Made by a program: the position numbers and the translations under genes. A stretch of DNA of 64,000 nucleotides from Eledone cirrhosa (taxonomy: Eukaryota), in NCBI GenBank assembly GCA_964016885.1, contig OZ024742.1:226362001-226426000 (forward strand). The letters run 5' to 3'. Of this stretch, positions 1 through 12,500 are shown in pieces. Below the pieces are notes generated by a model that saw nothing but the letters and a program-made list of their open reading frames with translations, was not told the origin of the DNA and searched no databases. Position 1 is the stretch's first letter, and the number at the start of each line of letters is the position of its first letter.

Positions 1-219
1 ATACTTAAATGTAAGTATGTATACGTACATACATATATGTATACAGATGTACAGTAGTATGTATATATATATATATACATGTACACATATATATATGCAA
101 GTATGGGTTTACCAAACATTTATTATAATGTTCGGTTTGTTTGTAAACAAACAGCCCGAATTACGCTTTACAGTGTTTGGCAACCGTCGTCGCCTTTTTG
201 TTCAACACTGACACAGGAA

Positions 220-260
220 CAATGTACTAGTTTCAAGCTTATTAGCTATCGTCAGCATCG
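220..260 (-). ncRNA. Minimal type-I hammerhead ribozyme motif (Penelope-like pLTR type)
   Basis: Minus strand reads cgatg-CTGACGA-t-agct-aata-agct-t-GAAA-ctag-TA-cattg. Stem I is cgatg/cattg, the core boxes are intact, stem II has 4 bp, stem III is the palindrome ACTAGT and the cleavage triplet is GUA. AATAAA follows downstream on the same strand (plus-strand tttatt at 119-124). Confidence 0.7.
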
Positions 261-486
261 TATACCTTTCTGTCAGATGATTGAACGTTTGAAAGTATAT
301 ACTTTCCTTATGCATATTAACGGCTGAGCAGCCTAATTTGCATATCGAGTGAGTTAGTCGGCCGGGCGAACCGAAAATGATAAATGGAAAAGGATAAAAC
401 GAAATTTCATTTCTCACTCTTAGTACGGCTGATACTTAAATATAAGTATGTACACGTATGTACTACTGACTGTAGGTTTCACTTTG

Positions 487-627
487 TACTTAGGCAAGGC
501 GGGTCTTCTGTATTACTACGTAGTGCTAAAGATCTCGGTCCAGTGACATTGTCTTGGAGAGGTGTAAGTGCGTGAGGTCGGATTTTATCAAGTCGTCCCA
601 GGTTTTTCTGGGTCTGCCTACTCCGTA
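487..627 (-). mobile_element. RTE LINE ORF2 C-terminal fragment
   Basis: Minus strand translates GVGRPRKTWDDLIKSDLTHLHLSKTMSLDRDL*HYVVIQKTR, matching the C-terminus of the RTE copy at 29575-29715 (GVGRPKMTWDEVIKADLTQLHLSKAHDRDLWRHAVIQSTR). Confidence 0.85.
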
Positions 628-1074
628 CACACACACATATATATATATATGTAATCATCGTCAAGTGACTATTATACTACATTTATCACAATACATAAAT
701 TCATCTACCCTGCTAGCACTGGTTGAAAGAATCATCACAGACCAAGTCAGTACTTAATTTGAGTTCCTGACCTCTGAATCAGGCCAGAGGTCGCCTTTTC
801 ACTTAGATATTTCCCAGTACTCTCCAGAGTGCACTGAGTGCATTTTATCATGATACCTGCACTGGAAAGTTTATGCACATGACACAACTGAAGAGTCTTC
901 TCAACCCTTATTCCAGAAAGTTTTCTATGGCTGGATGCTTTCTCTATCATCCATCTCATCACTATACCACCACTTGCCATCTCCATACCACCTCACCAGG
1001 GTCACAGCATGTGAAGAACCAGATCAAATACCTCAAGACATCTCACTTGACACTCTAATATTTCAACCAATCTA

Positions 1075-1200
1075 CCACCATGTATTTTATTGACCCTGAA
1101 AGAATGAAAGGTGAAGTTGACATTGGCAGGATTAGAACTCAGAAGGAAAAGAGCCAGGGCAAATACGGCGCAGCATTTTGTCCTACTCTCTAACAATTTA
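1075..1200 (-). mobile_element. Degenerate tRNA-derived SINE (family A)
   Basis: Diverged reverse complement of the family-A body (ttttattgaccctgaaagaatgaaaggtgaagttgac). Confidence 0.65.
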
Positions 1201-1257
1201 CAGCCTCAACTCCAAAAATATAACTTTGATATTAACTATTTTGCCTTTCATTTTCTC

Positions 1258-1355
1258 CTGGTTAGGGTGTTGGACTCATGATTATAAGGTCATGGGTTTG
1301 ATTCCTGGACTGGCATTGTATTCTTGAGCAAGATGTTTCAATTTACATTGCTTTT
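1258..1355 (+). mobile_element. tRNA-derived CORE-like SINE head (family B), degenerate
   Basis: ggttagggtgttggactcatgattataaggtcatgggtttgattcctgg...ttcttgagcaagatgtttca; homologous to 40765-40885. Confidence 0.65.
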
Positions 1356-1691
1356 CATGATAGGACTCCCATCATTAAAAAACCTGAGTAACTGCCTATG
1401 AGATGCAACATTGTAGAAAGCGAGCTAAACCTGCACAGGTGGGTGCTGCAAATTTTATGGAAAGAATAGCAAATATTATTGTAAACATTTTTAGGCCCAT
1501 GATGACAGTATTCTATGACTGGATGCCCTTCCTAATGCCAATCCAAATTATATTTTAATTTTGGTAGCAATTCCACTGACATTAGGGTGTCACTGTTTGC
1601 TTAAACAATGTCGATGAAGACGCACACACACACACACACACTAACACACACACACTCACACACACCATCATCAGCATTTAATGCCTGCTTT

Positions 1692-1992
1692 TCAGTCCAC
1701 ACTGTAAAGTGGTTGTGTAGGCATCACAACAAAAAGCACCGAGTCCACACTGTAAAGTGGTCGTGTAGGCATCACAACAAAAAACACCTAGTCCACACTG
1801 TAAAGTAGTCATGTAGGTATCACGACAAAAAACACCCAAGAGGTTGGTGATAGGAAGGGCATCCAGCTGTAGAAACCAAGCCAAAATCAGTTCTGTATGA
1901 GTAAGACATGGTCACCTGACCTAGCATTGCCCACAACAGGACAACTCATCTAACCCTAGTGTGGAAGAATGGACGTAAAATGGTGATGATGA
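1692..1992 (+). mobile_element. Orphan RTE 3'-UTR/tail with internal ~49-bp tandem repeats
   Basis: Three copies of cacactgtaaagtggt...aaaaagcacc, then ggaagggcatccagctgtagaaa...ggacgtaaaatggtgatgatg. The same sequence follows the RTE ORF2 stop at 29715-30020. Confidence 0.8.
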
Positions 1993-3015
1993 TTTTCTAT
2001 GCTGGCATGAGTTGGGTGGGCTGTTATGGTCTGAATCAGTACTTAATCAGAGCTAATTTCCTCTTTGATGGGCCAGGTTCCTGTATCCCATTTACATACC
2101 ATCACTTTACTGAATGTACTGGGTACATTTTATTATACCACCAGCACCAGGGAGGTTGTTGTTCATTGACTCAACTGAATTTATTCTCCCTCTCTACTCT
2201 ATGAAGGGAGGGGCAATAAATTCCTTGTCCCACGGCAGGGAATATAAAGAAAACAAGTATGATGTTATGGATGGTAAGAAAGGCTGACATGGGTGTGTGA
2301 CAAGTATGGTTTATTTACTAAGATGTTCAAACATTAAATTGTAGTTATACTACAGAAGATTAATCTTGTTTTGATATAGTTTAACAAAGGATTCTTCTAA
2401 CCCTTATCACCACCACTACCACCACTAACTACTACCATTACTACTGCTATCACCATCACCACCACAACTACTACCATTACCATTAACTATATTCACCACC
2501 ACCACCACCACCACCACCACCACCACCTCTACTACTACTAATACTAATACTAAAGGTCTTTTTAAACTTTCTTTTGATGGTGTATCTTTCAGTGATTAGA
2601 ACTTTTTCATTTCATTCCTGAATGAAATTGTGAGTGTGTGACAGAGAGAGAGAGAGAGAGAGAGAGACGGAGAGGGAAAGAATGTGTGTATATGTGCGTA
2701 TGTCTATGTGCGTATGTCTATGTGCGTATGTCTATGTGCGTATGTCTATGTATGTATGTCTATGTGCAGGTATGTGTGTATGTGTATGAGAGAGGGAGAG
2801 AGAGAATAGTAAATTATTGATTTCTCTCACTTCTGGAGACATATTCCAAATATAGTCACACTATATTGAATATATCTTTACTTAGTATGTGGTTGGTAGT
2901 AACATTTCATGTGACTAGTGTTAGTAACTATACTATAGAGAATAGTTTTAGTAGAAGGACTAACTGATAAGTCACTTATAAAGACATATTTCTAAATATA
3001 CAGCAAGTGTTTTAA

Positions 3016-3236
3016 CCCTTTAGCATTCACATTACTCTATATATACTATTGTATTTTCGCAGTAAAGGCTTTAGCTTACATAATTATTCACATTGAATCT
3101 ATGAGATTTTGATGATATTATTACTTACTTTGAAAAGAAGTCTTTAACATCAGTATGAGTGGCTAGTTACAGCCGGTTTGAACAGAAAGAGGTGAGAGAA
3201 TTCTGGCCGGTTATGGCCGGTTTGAATGCTAAAGGG
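3016..3236. mobile_element. piggyBac-like MITE (family P1)
   Basis: TTAA|CCCTTTAGCATT...AATGCTAAAGGG|TTAA: TTAA target duplication and TIRs starting CCC; about 220 bp; 5 copies in the window. Confidence 0.85.
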
Positions 3237-3429
3237 TTAAAGCCATTTTCCTTAATGAAAGTTCATCTCCCTGCGACAGCTTTCTGGTAGAAATCTCCCC
3301 CACCCCCTTTAATAAAAAAAACATTCAGCGGGTAACAATGTAAGGTAGAGAAGACTCTACAATTAAGTTATGACCTAACATCTTTGTTAATGTTGGTGCC
3401 ACAATAAAATGCATCCAGTACACTCTACA

Positions 3430-3600
3430 GTGGTTGGTATCATTAATATAGGCAACAAACAAAAGGGGACCAAGAACAGATCCCTGTGGTCCACCAGATG
3501 TCATCTCATAGGGCAAAGAATGCTGTCCTAGAAACGTGACTACCTCTTTTTCGACTGAGAATGAAGGACTTCAACCAATACTAATTTGGACTGCAATAAC
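3430..3600 (-). mobile_element. CR1/L2/Jockey-type LINE RT fragment
   Basis: Translates SGGPQGSVLGPLLFVAYIND, i.e. the RT motif GVPQGSVLGPLLF..YIND. Confidence 0.75.
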
Positions 3601-3906
3601 CTATCCAACCTATCCCAGCATGACAAAATGGATGTAAAATGATAATGAGTTGTATTGCAATTAAGTGAGAATTATTTTTCAGTTTCCTTTTTAATCATCA
3701 AGTATTTCAACATCATCTTTGCCATTTATAAATCCATTTCCCTTCTTCACTTAATTAAAAATCACATATCGACACATCAGTTCTATAAATTCTGGGAAAT
3801 ATTAGATTTCAATCTTAGCATTTTTGTTACAATATTTCTAATGTTGTTACAATATTTCTAATGGAAAGCACTGCATATGTTTAAAAAAAATTGAAAATAA
3901 TCAAGA

Positions 3907-4520
3907 ATTCTTCTTCTTCTTCTTCTTCTTCTTCTTTTTCTTCTTCTTCTTCTTCTTATTATTATTATTATTTTTCTTCTTCTTCTTCTTCTTCTTCTTC
4001 TTCTTCTTTGCCCACTTATTCCTGGGAGGATCATGAAGGCAGAGCCCTCAAGTACACCTTCAAGCAGATCCTCTCAGAAATAACCATCTCCAACTTATCC
4101 AGCTGGATCCCCAAGCCAGTCCAGCCGAGCCCACGGATGTCATTCAACCATCTTTCTCATGGTACCTCTAGGTCTCCTATCGGTTGGGTTTTGCTTGTAA
4201 AATCTGTCCAGCGATTCTTTCTTGAGACATTCTAACCCCATGTCCATAATATCGGAGCTGTGATCTCTCCATTTGGAGAAGTAGCTGCTCTACATGGAGT
4301 GACTTTCTGATCTCCGAGCTACACACTCTAACTAGTAACATTACTCTAAAGACTCTTTGGAGGAACCCCGTTTCCGTTGCTTGTATTCGCGATCGTATTC
4401 TTGCAGTCATTACTCAAGATTCATGGCCGTAGGTAAAAGTAGACATGAATACCAAATTGAAGATAGCGAGTTTGGCTTTTATACTCACCTCCTTTCTTCT
4501 AATTACCGAATGCTGAAGCC
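3907..4520 (-). mobile_element. RTE LINE 3' end (Expander/Rex3-like) with (GAA)n tail
   Basis: Translates FTYGHES..TARIRSRIQATETGFLQRV...SSEIRKSLHVEQLLLQMERSQLRYYGH. The (TTC)n tract at 3907-4007 is its tail. Confidence 0.8.
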
Positions 4521-4675
4521 TGTACATTACTGCAGCAACTCCTGCAAGTACCATCTTAATAATGAAATAATTGATGATTTTAGAAAATTCCTCCAAATTC
4601 TTTATTAATTCAAATAGAGAAATATATTATGAAAGGGCTTACTGAGTTTCTTCTAACACTATCAGCAATCTGTTA

Positions 4676-5114
4676 GCCCTTTTCATACCCAGTTAAAATC
4701 ACCTTTGGTTCTATGAAATACAACCACCCATTTGAAAGGTTTTCTATTCAAATTGAAATCTTCCAATATAATTTTATGTAAGAACTATATGTTAAGTTAC
4801 TATTTTAGTAAATGAAATAATTAATGCTTATAGTGAATCCTTTCAAATTCTTCATTCACTTTTAACATCCTGTACTGCATGACACCACATTAGCAAGACA
4901 TTTTTGCCAAGTACAAAACAGCACTATGGCTGCCTCACATTAAAAATTAAATCTTTACTCTAATCCTACACATTTTCACAACAATTTGTCCAATGATAAA
5001 AATACTCTAAATATTTGAATTAACAAGCGTGTTTTTAGATATTTATAGGATGTCAGGAGTTAAATTATTCAACTACATTGTATCTCATTAGAAATATGGT
5101 AACGAAAGGGTTAA
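4676..5114. mobile_element. piggyBac-like MITE family P2 (degenerate)
   Basis: Left end ccctttt.atacc and right end agaaatatggtaacgaaaggg|ttaa. Related pieces at ~6053-6877, 9587-9790, 12860-13101, 16120-16347 and 35519-35940. Confidence 0.6.
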
Positions 5115-5324
5115 TTGAGTTTCTACTAGCACAAGTTAGCAAGCCATTAAACTGTTTTTATAGCATTTTCAACGTTACCTTTCTAATTAACATCTAAGCT
5201 GATCAATGGAGGTTTTAATCTAACGAAGAGAAGAGAAACAGTCTTGGTTGATAAATTCTTCAAGTTGCCAACTTCATTAGGAGTGACAAAGGCCAGACCT
5301 ATTGATTAAATGGAGACTGGTATA

Positions 5325-5678
5325 CAGTATATACACTTACTTACATATACATACGCACATACATACCCATTTATACATACATCATCAACGTTTTACATCC
5401 GTTTTTCCATACACATACACACACACACACACAAACACATATATATACACACATATACATATATATATACACACACACATACATATATATATATACAAAC
5501 ACATACATATATACATACATACATAGATATACATATACATGTCCATATATATATATATATATATATACATATACATACATACATATATATATATATAAAT
5601 ACGCATACATATATATATATATACATGCATACATACACACATATACACATATATATATGCATACACATACATACGTAT

Positions 5679-5739
<61 letters not shown>

Positions 5740-5762
5740 TCATCATCATCATCATCATCATC
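5325..5762. repeat. Compound (CA)n/(TA)n/(CAT)n microsatellite
   Basis: Direct inspection. Confidence 0.95.
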
Positions 5763-6326
5763 TTCGTTTAACAATACATAAATAAGCAATGAAAATCTCT
5801 ATTACTGAGGGAAGAACATTAAAAACCTGGTGTTTTACACCCAATAACACCGTCCACATTAAACATGTTCAGTCTTTCACTGGAATGGAATATTCAACAT
5901 ATAACATAGTTTTGTTGTATTTTTTAAAACTAAGGTTGTATTATTTTTTATACCATGAAGAATTTTTCCCTTTGATTTATTTTATAGGGGAGAGGTTTTT
6001 ATTGATATGGAATAATCCAATGTTTAGAATGGCACCAAAATCAGTAGTTTTACCCTTTTGATACCAAACCGCCCCTGGTTCTATGATACATAGCTGTTTG
6101 TTTTAAAGTGTTTATAATTATCTAAAAAAAATAATTTCAAGCATAATTTTTATGTAAGAATCTTTATTAGTTATGTTCCAAACACCAACTTAATAATGGG
6201 AAAGTTAGTTGTATTAGCAAATCCCTCCATAATCCTCCATAACCCTCCATCCCCTTCCATAACCCTTTTGATAGCAAATTTCCTGAAACTACCCCTGATT
6301 CTACAATACAAAGCTGTTTATTTGAA

Positions 6327-6547
6327 CCCGTTAGCATTTACATTACTCTATATATACTATTATATTTTCATGGTAAAATATTTACCTCACATGATTATCA
6401 CACATAATATTGCATCTATGTTATTTTGATATTGTTTATTTTGAGAACAACACTTTAACATTAGTATGAGTGGCTGGTTACAGCTGGTTTGAACAGAAAG
6501 AGGTGAGAGAATTCTGGCCAGATAAAGCCAGTTTAAATGCTAAAGGG
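6327..6547. mobile_element. piggyBac-like MITE P1 nested in P2
   Basis: cccgttagcattt...aaatgctaaaggg; internal sequence matches 3016-3236. Confidence 0.8.
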
Positions 6548-7271
6548 TTTAAATGCTAAACTTTGTAATGCTTCAAACACATGCTAAATATTGAGACATC
6601 TCTCCAAATTCTTGATTAATTTCAAAATTATTTTAAAAAATCTAAAGCAGTGTCTTTCATGAGAAATATGGTAATGAAAGGGTTAAAGGGGTTATATTTA
6701 TCTAAAAACTTTCCATCATAATTTTATGTAAGAACTTTTGTTAAGTTATGCTTCAAACACCAACTTGATGATGAAAAAATTAGTTATATTATTAAATATC
6801 ACCAACTTTTTCTTTCAAAATTATTTGAAAATCATAGGTAGTTTCTCTCATTAGAACTTTGGTAATGAAAGGGTTAATTCAACTTCAGGTGAATATTTCT
6901 TTTTATATCTAACACACACACACATGCGCAAAATGGTTAGTTTAAAGAAAGAATCGATGGATAGGATTTTACTGATTATGGTAATTTATGGTTAATGCTA
7001 CTATAAAAATTGATTTCTTCAGATATAATCTGTGCTTTTGTTTTGCTTTTTGAATAAAAAAAATTCTAAGATGTAATTTCTATTAGGGTCTTTTTTTATT
7101 TTGCTGAGCATTTTTTAACACCCTATTATTCAATTGGGTTAACTCTTTTCTCCATTCAAGGATGAGTTGGGTATGCTGCTCATCTGGGACACTACATGCA
7201 CTACATAAATTCTCCAGTGTCAACCTTTGCACTTGGCATAATCCCAGGAGATAATATCTGTAATGCAGCAA

Positions 7272-7380
7272 AGCTTAGTGGTTAGGGGCTGGAATCATGC
7301 TTATAAAACCATGGGTTTCATTCCAGAACAGCAATGCAATGCTGTGTTCTTAAACAAAATACTTTGTTTCACATTGCTTT
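7272..7380 (+). mobile_element. CORE-like SINE head (family B), degenerate
   Basis: gcttagtggttagggg...atgggtttcattcc...gtgttcttaaacaaaatacttt. Confidence 0.6.
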
Positions 7381-8438
7381 TTATGATAAGAATGGCTCCC
7401 CCTATCATTAACCTGTTGACTGCTGCGTATATTTTACACAGCTACAGTTGCTCTGCCGGAGGTTTTTTTTTCCAGTAAAATGACTATTTTTTTAAACAAA
7501 CATTTATTAACAACACATATCTGAATGATTGACAAATGTCACATCAATAAACTAGTAACTCCATCTAGCTTTGAAGTTATGAACTGTTAGAAATGAGTTC
7601 ATAACTTTGAAGTTAAGAACTGTTGAAAAAGATTCCAAACATGTTAGGACAAGTTATTTCGTCCGTGGCACTGGAATGCATATATGTAAGGACGAGTTAT
7701 CTTATCTATGGCACTGAAGAGGTTAAAACACCTGAAAAACCTCATATATGATACAACCTCATAGTAGAGCAACTAAACCTACTTAGGTGCAAGCTGTAAC
7801 AACACCAACAGGACAGGACTGTAGCCCTTTTCATTAAAACACCCATGAGACCTCTTATGAGATAAAATCTCTTACAAGTCTAGCTAAAGCTGTATAGATG
7901 TGAGCTGTAACAACATCAATCTTATGTAAGAACCTTTATTAAGTTATGCTCCAAGCACCAACTTAATGAGAAGTTATATTACAAAATCCCTCCAAATTTG
8001 TGAATATCATCATCGCCATTTTACATCCATTCTTCTACACTAGCATGGGTTAGACGGGAGAATATATTTTAGATTATTGAAAAATTATAGACAATGTTTG
8101 TCTTTAAAAATAAGTTAATAAAAGGGTAACAGTGTTTATATTTTTCGAAAAGTCTTCCCTCATAATTTTATGTAAGAACTTTTGTTAAAATATGTTCAGA
8201 TATCTATGTTTCTTGTGGTTCTCTTGATTTAACATGTTTCTTAAATAATTAATATGATTGAAGTAAAGAAGTTTGCTTTGTAATCACATGGTTTCAGGTT
8301 CCATTCCATTATACAGCACCTTGGGCAAGTATATTCTACTATATGTATGTAGAAGGTATAACAAAAATAACAAAACAAACAGCACAGTGCATGGAAGGAA
8401 TATATTAATTTAATGCTTGAAATAGCAGGAAGAGAGTA

Positions 8439-8470
8439 TTAACGTTTTGGACACTAGTCCTTCATCAGAA
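8439..8470 (-). ncRNA. Degenerate minimal hammerhead motif (G12 lost)
   Basis: Minus strand reads tt-CTGATGA-a-ggac-tagt-gtcc-aAAA-cgtt-aa. Stem II is perfect and AACGTT is palindromic, but GAAA has become AAAA. Confidence 0.45.
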
Positions 8471-8788
8471 GATAGAGTTAGAAATAGAAGATAAATAGAA
8501 GATAAATAGAAAATGAGAAAAACATTGTGGAGAAAAAAACACACATGTGTATTCAGTCGGCCATCATCTGCTATAGGTTTGTATATGGAACATTAAAGTT
8601 TCTTACATATAATTATGATGAAAGGCTTTTAAATAAATATAAACGTGCTGTAGATATTAGGAAAAGAATCCAGCTATAGAAACCATACCAAAAATGAAAT
8701 ATATGAGCTAAATATGGTCACCTGGCCAGTCTAGCCTTAGAGCATGACAACCCGCCTAACTTATGCAGGCATGGAAAGTAGCCATTAA

Positions 8789-9009
8789 CCCTTTAGCATT
8801 TACATTACTCCATATTTACTATTATATTTTCACAGTAAAGGCTTTATCTCACATAATTATCTCACACAATATTGAATCTATGAGATTTTGATATTATTTA
8901 TTTTGAGAACAATACCTTAACGTCAGTATGGACAGCTGGTTATGACCGGTTTGAACAGAAAGGGGTGAGAAAATTCTGGCCAGATATGCACGGTTTAAAT
9001 ACTAAAGGG
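8789..9009. mobile_element. piggyBac-like MITE P1
   Basis: TTAA|CCCTTTAGCATTT...AAATACTAAAGGG|TTAA. Confidence 0.85.
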
Positions 9010-9310
9010 TTAAACAGTGATGATGACAAACACTTTAAAATAGGTTTTGTATAAGAACGAGAGGTGATTTCAGGCAGTTGAGTATCAGAAGGATAAAGTC
9101 ATCTCTACTGTCCATGCTGGACTATTTTCCAACATGTTTCTGTAGTAAGTGTGCTGTCTGTATTTACACAAACACCACATGTTACCTCTCTCATCTCTAA
9201 ACTGGACAGAAACAACACAGACCTTCCACTTTTATTTATTACAGCTCAAAATCTCTCCAATTTCCTCTACTATGTCTCCCTTTCACTCACTCTGTTCCTT
9301 TCTTCTCCCT

Positions 9311-9343
<33 letters not shown>

Positions 9344-10601
9344 AACACACACACATGTTCCTCTGCTTTCCTCATCTCTTTCTCTCCAAGTTCCTCTTAC
9401 CACTACCACCACCTTCCTCAATGCAATAACTGCACACAAACATAAAATAACTTAGTTACCATGAGTTACCAGTTGATATAAAGATATTCTACATACAAAT
9501 AACAAATAACAACACACAAAGCTTACATTTATAGAGATTTATCTTATTTTTAAAATAACTTCCAGAACATTCTATTTATTGTTTAACCCTTTCATGACCG
9601 TATTTCTAATGAAATACACACTATTCCAATTAATTAATGGGGAATTTTGAGAGATTTATTAAATTTATTAATTATTTCATCATTAAGATAGTAACTTAAC
9701 ACGTGGTTCTTATATAAAATTATGTTGGAAGATGATAATTAAAATAGAAACCCTTTAAAATGGGTTGTTTTGTTTCATAATACCAAAAGGAATATAAGTA
9801 AAATAAGGACAATGTGAGATATATCTGTATCCTCAACTCTATATTTTCTATAAACTATATTTTCTGAATAGCCTTCAAAGCTGATTTTTATTTTAACTAG
9901 TATTTTTTTTTTTCAATAATCCTTTAACTAAATAAAGATCAATATTTGGTTAAAATAGAACAAAAATAATATCTTTTATATCAGAATCTATATAGAATCT
10001 TTATATATTTTCAATAAACAGTATTTTCAATAATACAGTCTATTCTTAGATACCATATATTGATATGTATGTATGTATGAATGTATGTATGTATGTACAA
10101 GTATGTATGTATGTGTGTATGTATGTATGCATGTATCTATGTACGAGTATGTATGAATATAAGTCACATCTGCATTTTACATACATTTACAATCACCATT
10201 TCATGTCTGCTTTCCACTGTGGCATGGTTTCTACAGCTGGATGCCCTTCCTAATCCCAACTACCTTACACTTTATAGTGGCACCAACACTAAAGAGGTTG
10301 TCATGTGTTAGACCAGACTGAAATATCCTTTCAAACCCTACATGGTCTCCATTCAATTGCTAAGTTCTCTGCCCTCATCTTTTTCAATACATTTACTTTC
10401 AGTGTTACAGTGCTTGGACTGATGGACACTAAAAGTAGACGTGGTGAAAGGCTGGAGACTATTGTGTTTGTAAGAGGCAACGTACCATATATTTTGAATT
10501 GAGGTTTTATAGGTGTAATAGATATGTCACATTCTAATTTGTCACCTATTTTCTGAGAAAAAGGTGTGACTTACACACACACACATATATATATATATAT
10601 A

Positions 10602-10716
10602 AAGGGTGTCCATAAAATTATATACACACTTCAACAGCATTCTAATAAATATAGCCTGTACAGGTAATCAAAGTGTGTATACATTTTTTTTTTTGGGGGG
10701 GGGGGGAGACATCCTA
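10602..10716. mobile_element. Short Tc1/mariner-type MITE
   Basis: agggtgtcc-ataaaatt-atatacacactt ... aagtgtgtat-acatttt...gacatccta form inverted ends, in a TA context. Confidence 0.55.
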
Positions 10717-10951
10717 TATATATAATTGTATATACATATATTTATTTCAAATAGGAAATTTTTAGTTCAAAGAGGAAAAAAAAGTATCTTTCACCTAAGA
10801 ATCTGTGTGGAACTACGTTCATACAAAAAGAGTATTTTCAATAATTTGGTCTATTCTTAGCCACATATATCTACCTATATCTAGCTATATTCCGTATAGC
10901 TCAATATTAATGTTGTTAGCAACACACACACACACACACATAGAATGCAGC

Positions 10952-10987
10952 ATATATATATATATATATATAGTAACATACACACAA

Positions 10988-11025
<38 letters not shown>

Positions 11026-11211
11026 ACATACACACAAGTATATATATATATATAGTAACATACACTCAAGTATATATATATATATATATAGTAACATACA
11101 CACAAATATATATATATATATATATATAGTAACATACACACAAGTATATATATATATATATAGTAACATACACACAAGTATATATATATATATATAGTAA
11201 CATACACACAA

Positions 11212-11251
<40 letters not shown>

Positions 11252-11263
11252 ACATACACACAA
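10952..11263. repeat. VNTR: AGTAACATACACACAAG separated by variable (TA)n
   Basis: About 8 copies of the fixed core with (TA)n spacers of different lengths. Confidence 0.9.
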
Positions 11264-11361
11264 ATATGCAATATTTATCTCCCTTTTGCTATCTCAAATC
11301 CTGCTACTATTAACTAGGTCACTCAACACAGCTCTTCATCAGAAATGAATAATAATAATAG

Positions 11362-11680
11362 TAATTGTACCTATTTTAGGCACAAGGCCAGCAAATGCCC
11401 AGTGTATTACTGGTACTTTATTTTATTGACCCCGTAAGGATGAAAGGCAAAGTTAACTTCGGCGGGATTTGAACAATAATAATAATGCTTTCTGATTTGG
11501 GCACAAGATCAACAATTTGGGGGAAGGGGAAAATCGATTAAATTGACTCTTGTGTATCACTGGTACTTTATTTTATTGACTCTGTAAGAATGAAAGGCAA
11601 AGCTAAGCTTGACAGGATTTGAACTCAGAATGTAAGGAGCTATAATGAAAAACCCCAAAGGATTTTATTTGACACTTTCT
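11362..11680 (-). mobile_element. Two tandem partial family-A SINEs
   Basis: Two copies of ggcacaag...ctggtactttattttattgac...tgaaaggcaaag...ggatttgaac. Confidence 0.8.
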
Positions 11681-11699
11681 ATGATTCGTGGGTAGTAGT

Positions 11700-11995
11700 A
11701 GATAGTGGTGATGGTAGTGGTTGGGGATGGTGGTGGTGATGGTAGTGGTTGGGGATGGTGGTGGTGGTGGTGATGGTAGTGGTTGGGGATGGTGGTGGTG
11801 ATGGTAGTGGTTGGGGATGGTGGTGGTGCTGATGGTAGTGGTTGGGGATGGTGGTGGTGATGGTAGTGGTTGGGGATGGTGGTGGTGGTGATGGTAGTGG
11901 TTGGGGATGGTGGTGGTGATGGTAGTGGTTGGTGATGGTGGTGGGGGTGATGGTAGTGGTTGGTGATGGTAGTGGGGGTGGTGGTGATGATGATA
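11700..11995. repeat. G-rich minisatellite GGTGATGGTAGTGGTTGGGGAT(GGT)n
   Basis: About 9 units of ~28-34 bp. Confidence 0.9.
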
Positions 11996-12177
11996 ATAGT
12001 GATGGTGTTGATGAGGATTTTTGCCCTTCTCAAGTATATCTCCACTTCTAGACAATATAAGAAGTTTTTAGGAACATATTTCTTTAGGTAAATGTATATG
12101 TATCCACACAATACAAACACATGCATGTAGTCAAAACAGTAAATAGAAAATATATATATTATCATTATTTAATGTTT

Positions 12178-12231
<54 letters not shown>

Positions 12232-12321
12232 TTTTTAATGCTTTGTCTCCGCACCATATGTAAACTGTTTACTGTTTTGTCTGTATGTGTATATATATAT
12301 ACGTGTATGTGTGTGTGTGTG

Positions 12322-12383
<62 letters not shown>

Positions 12384-12435
12384 TATAGTTATTTTCATCT
12401 GCAGAACAAAAGCGCTGCTAAAGGTTTCAAGGCCC

Positions 12436-12500
<65 letters not shown>

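Noticed and set aside
130-400. CpG-rich host promoter with FOX/SOX-like sites
   Set aside because: Better explained as a PLE pLTR (hammerhead plus AATAAA on the minus strand); no downstream gene is visible.
494-563. Exon-like segment (ttag|...|gtaagt; QGGSSVLLRSAKDLGPVTLSWRG)
   Set aside because: It is the antisense of an RTE ORF2 C-terminal fragment.
7083-7257. Possible minus-strand terminal exon YYLLGLCQVQRL...KKRP*
   Set aside because: No recognisable homology, no partner exons, the acceptor abuts a SINE head, and the flanks look transposon-derived.
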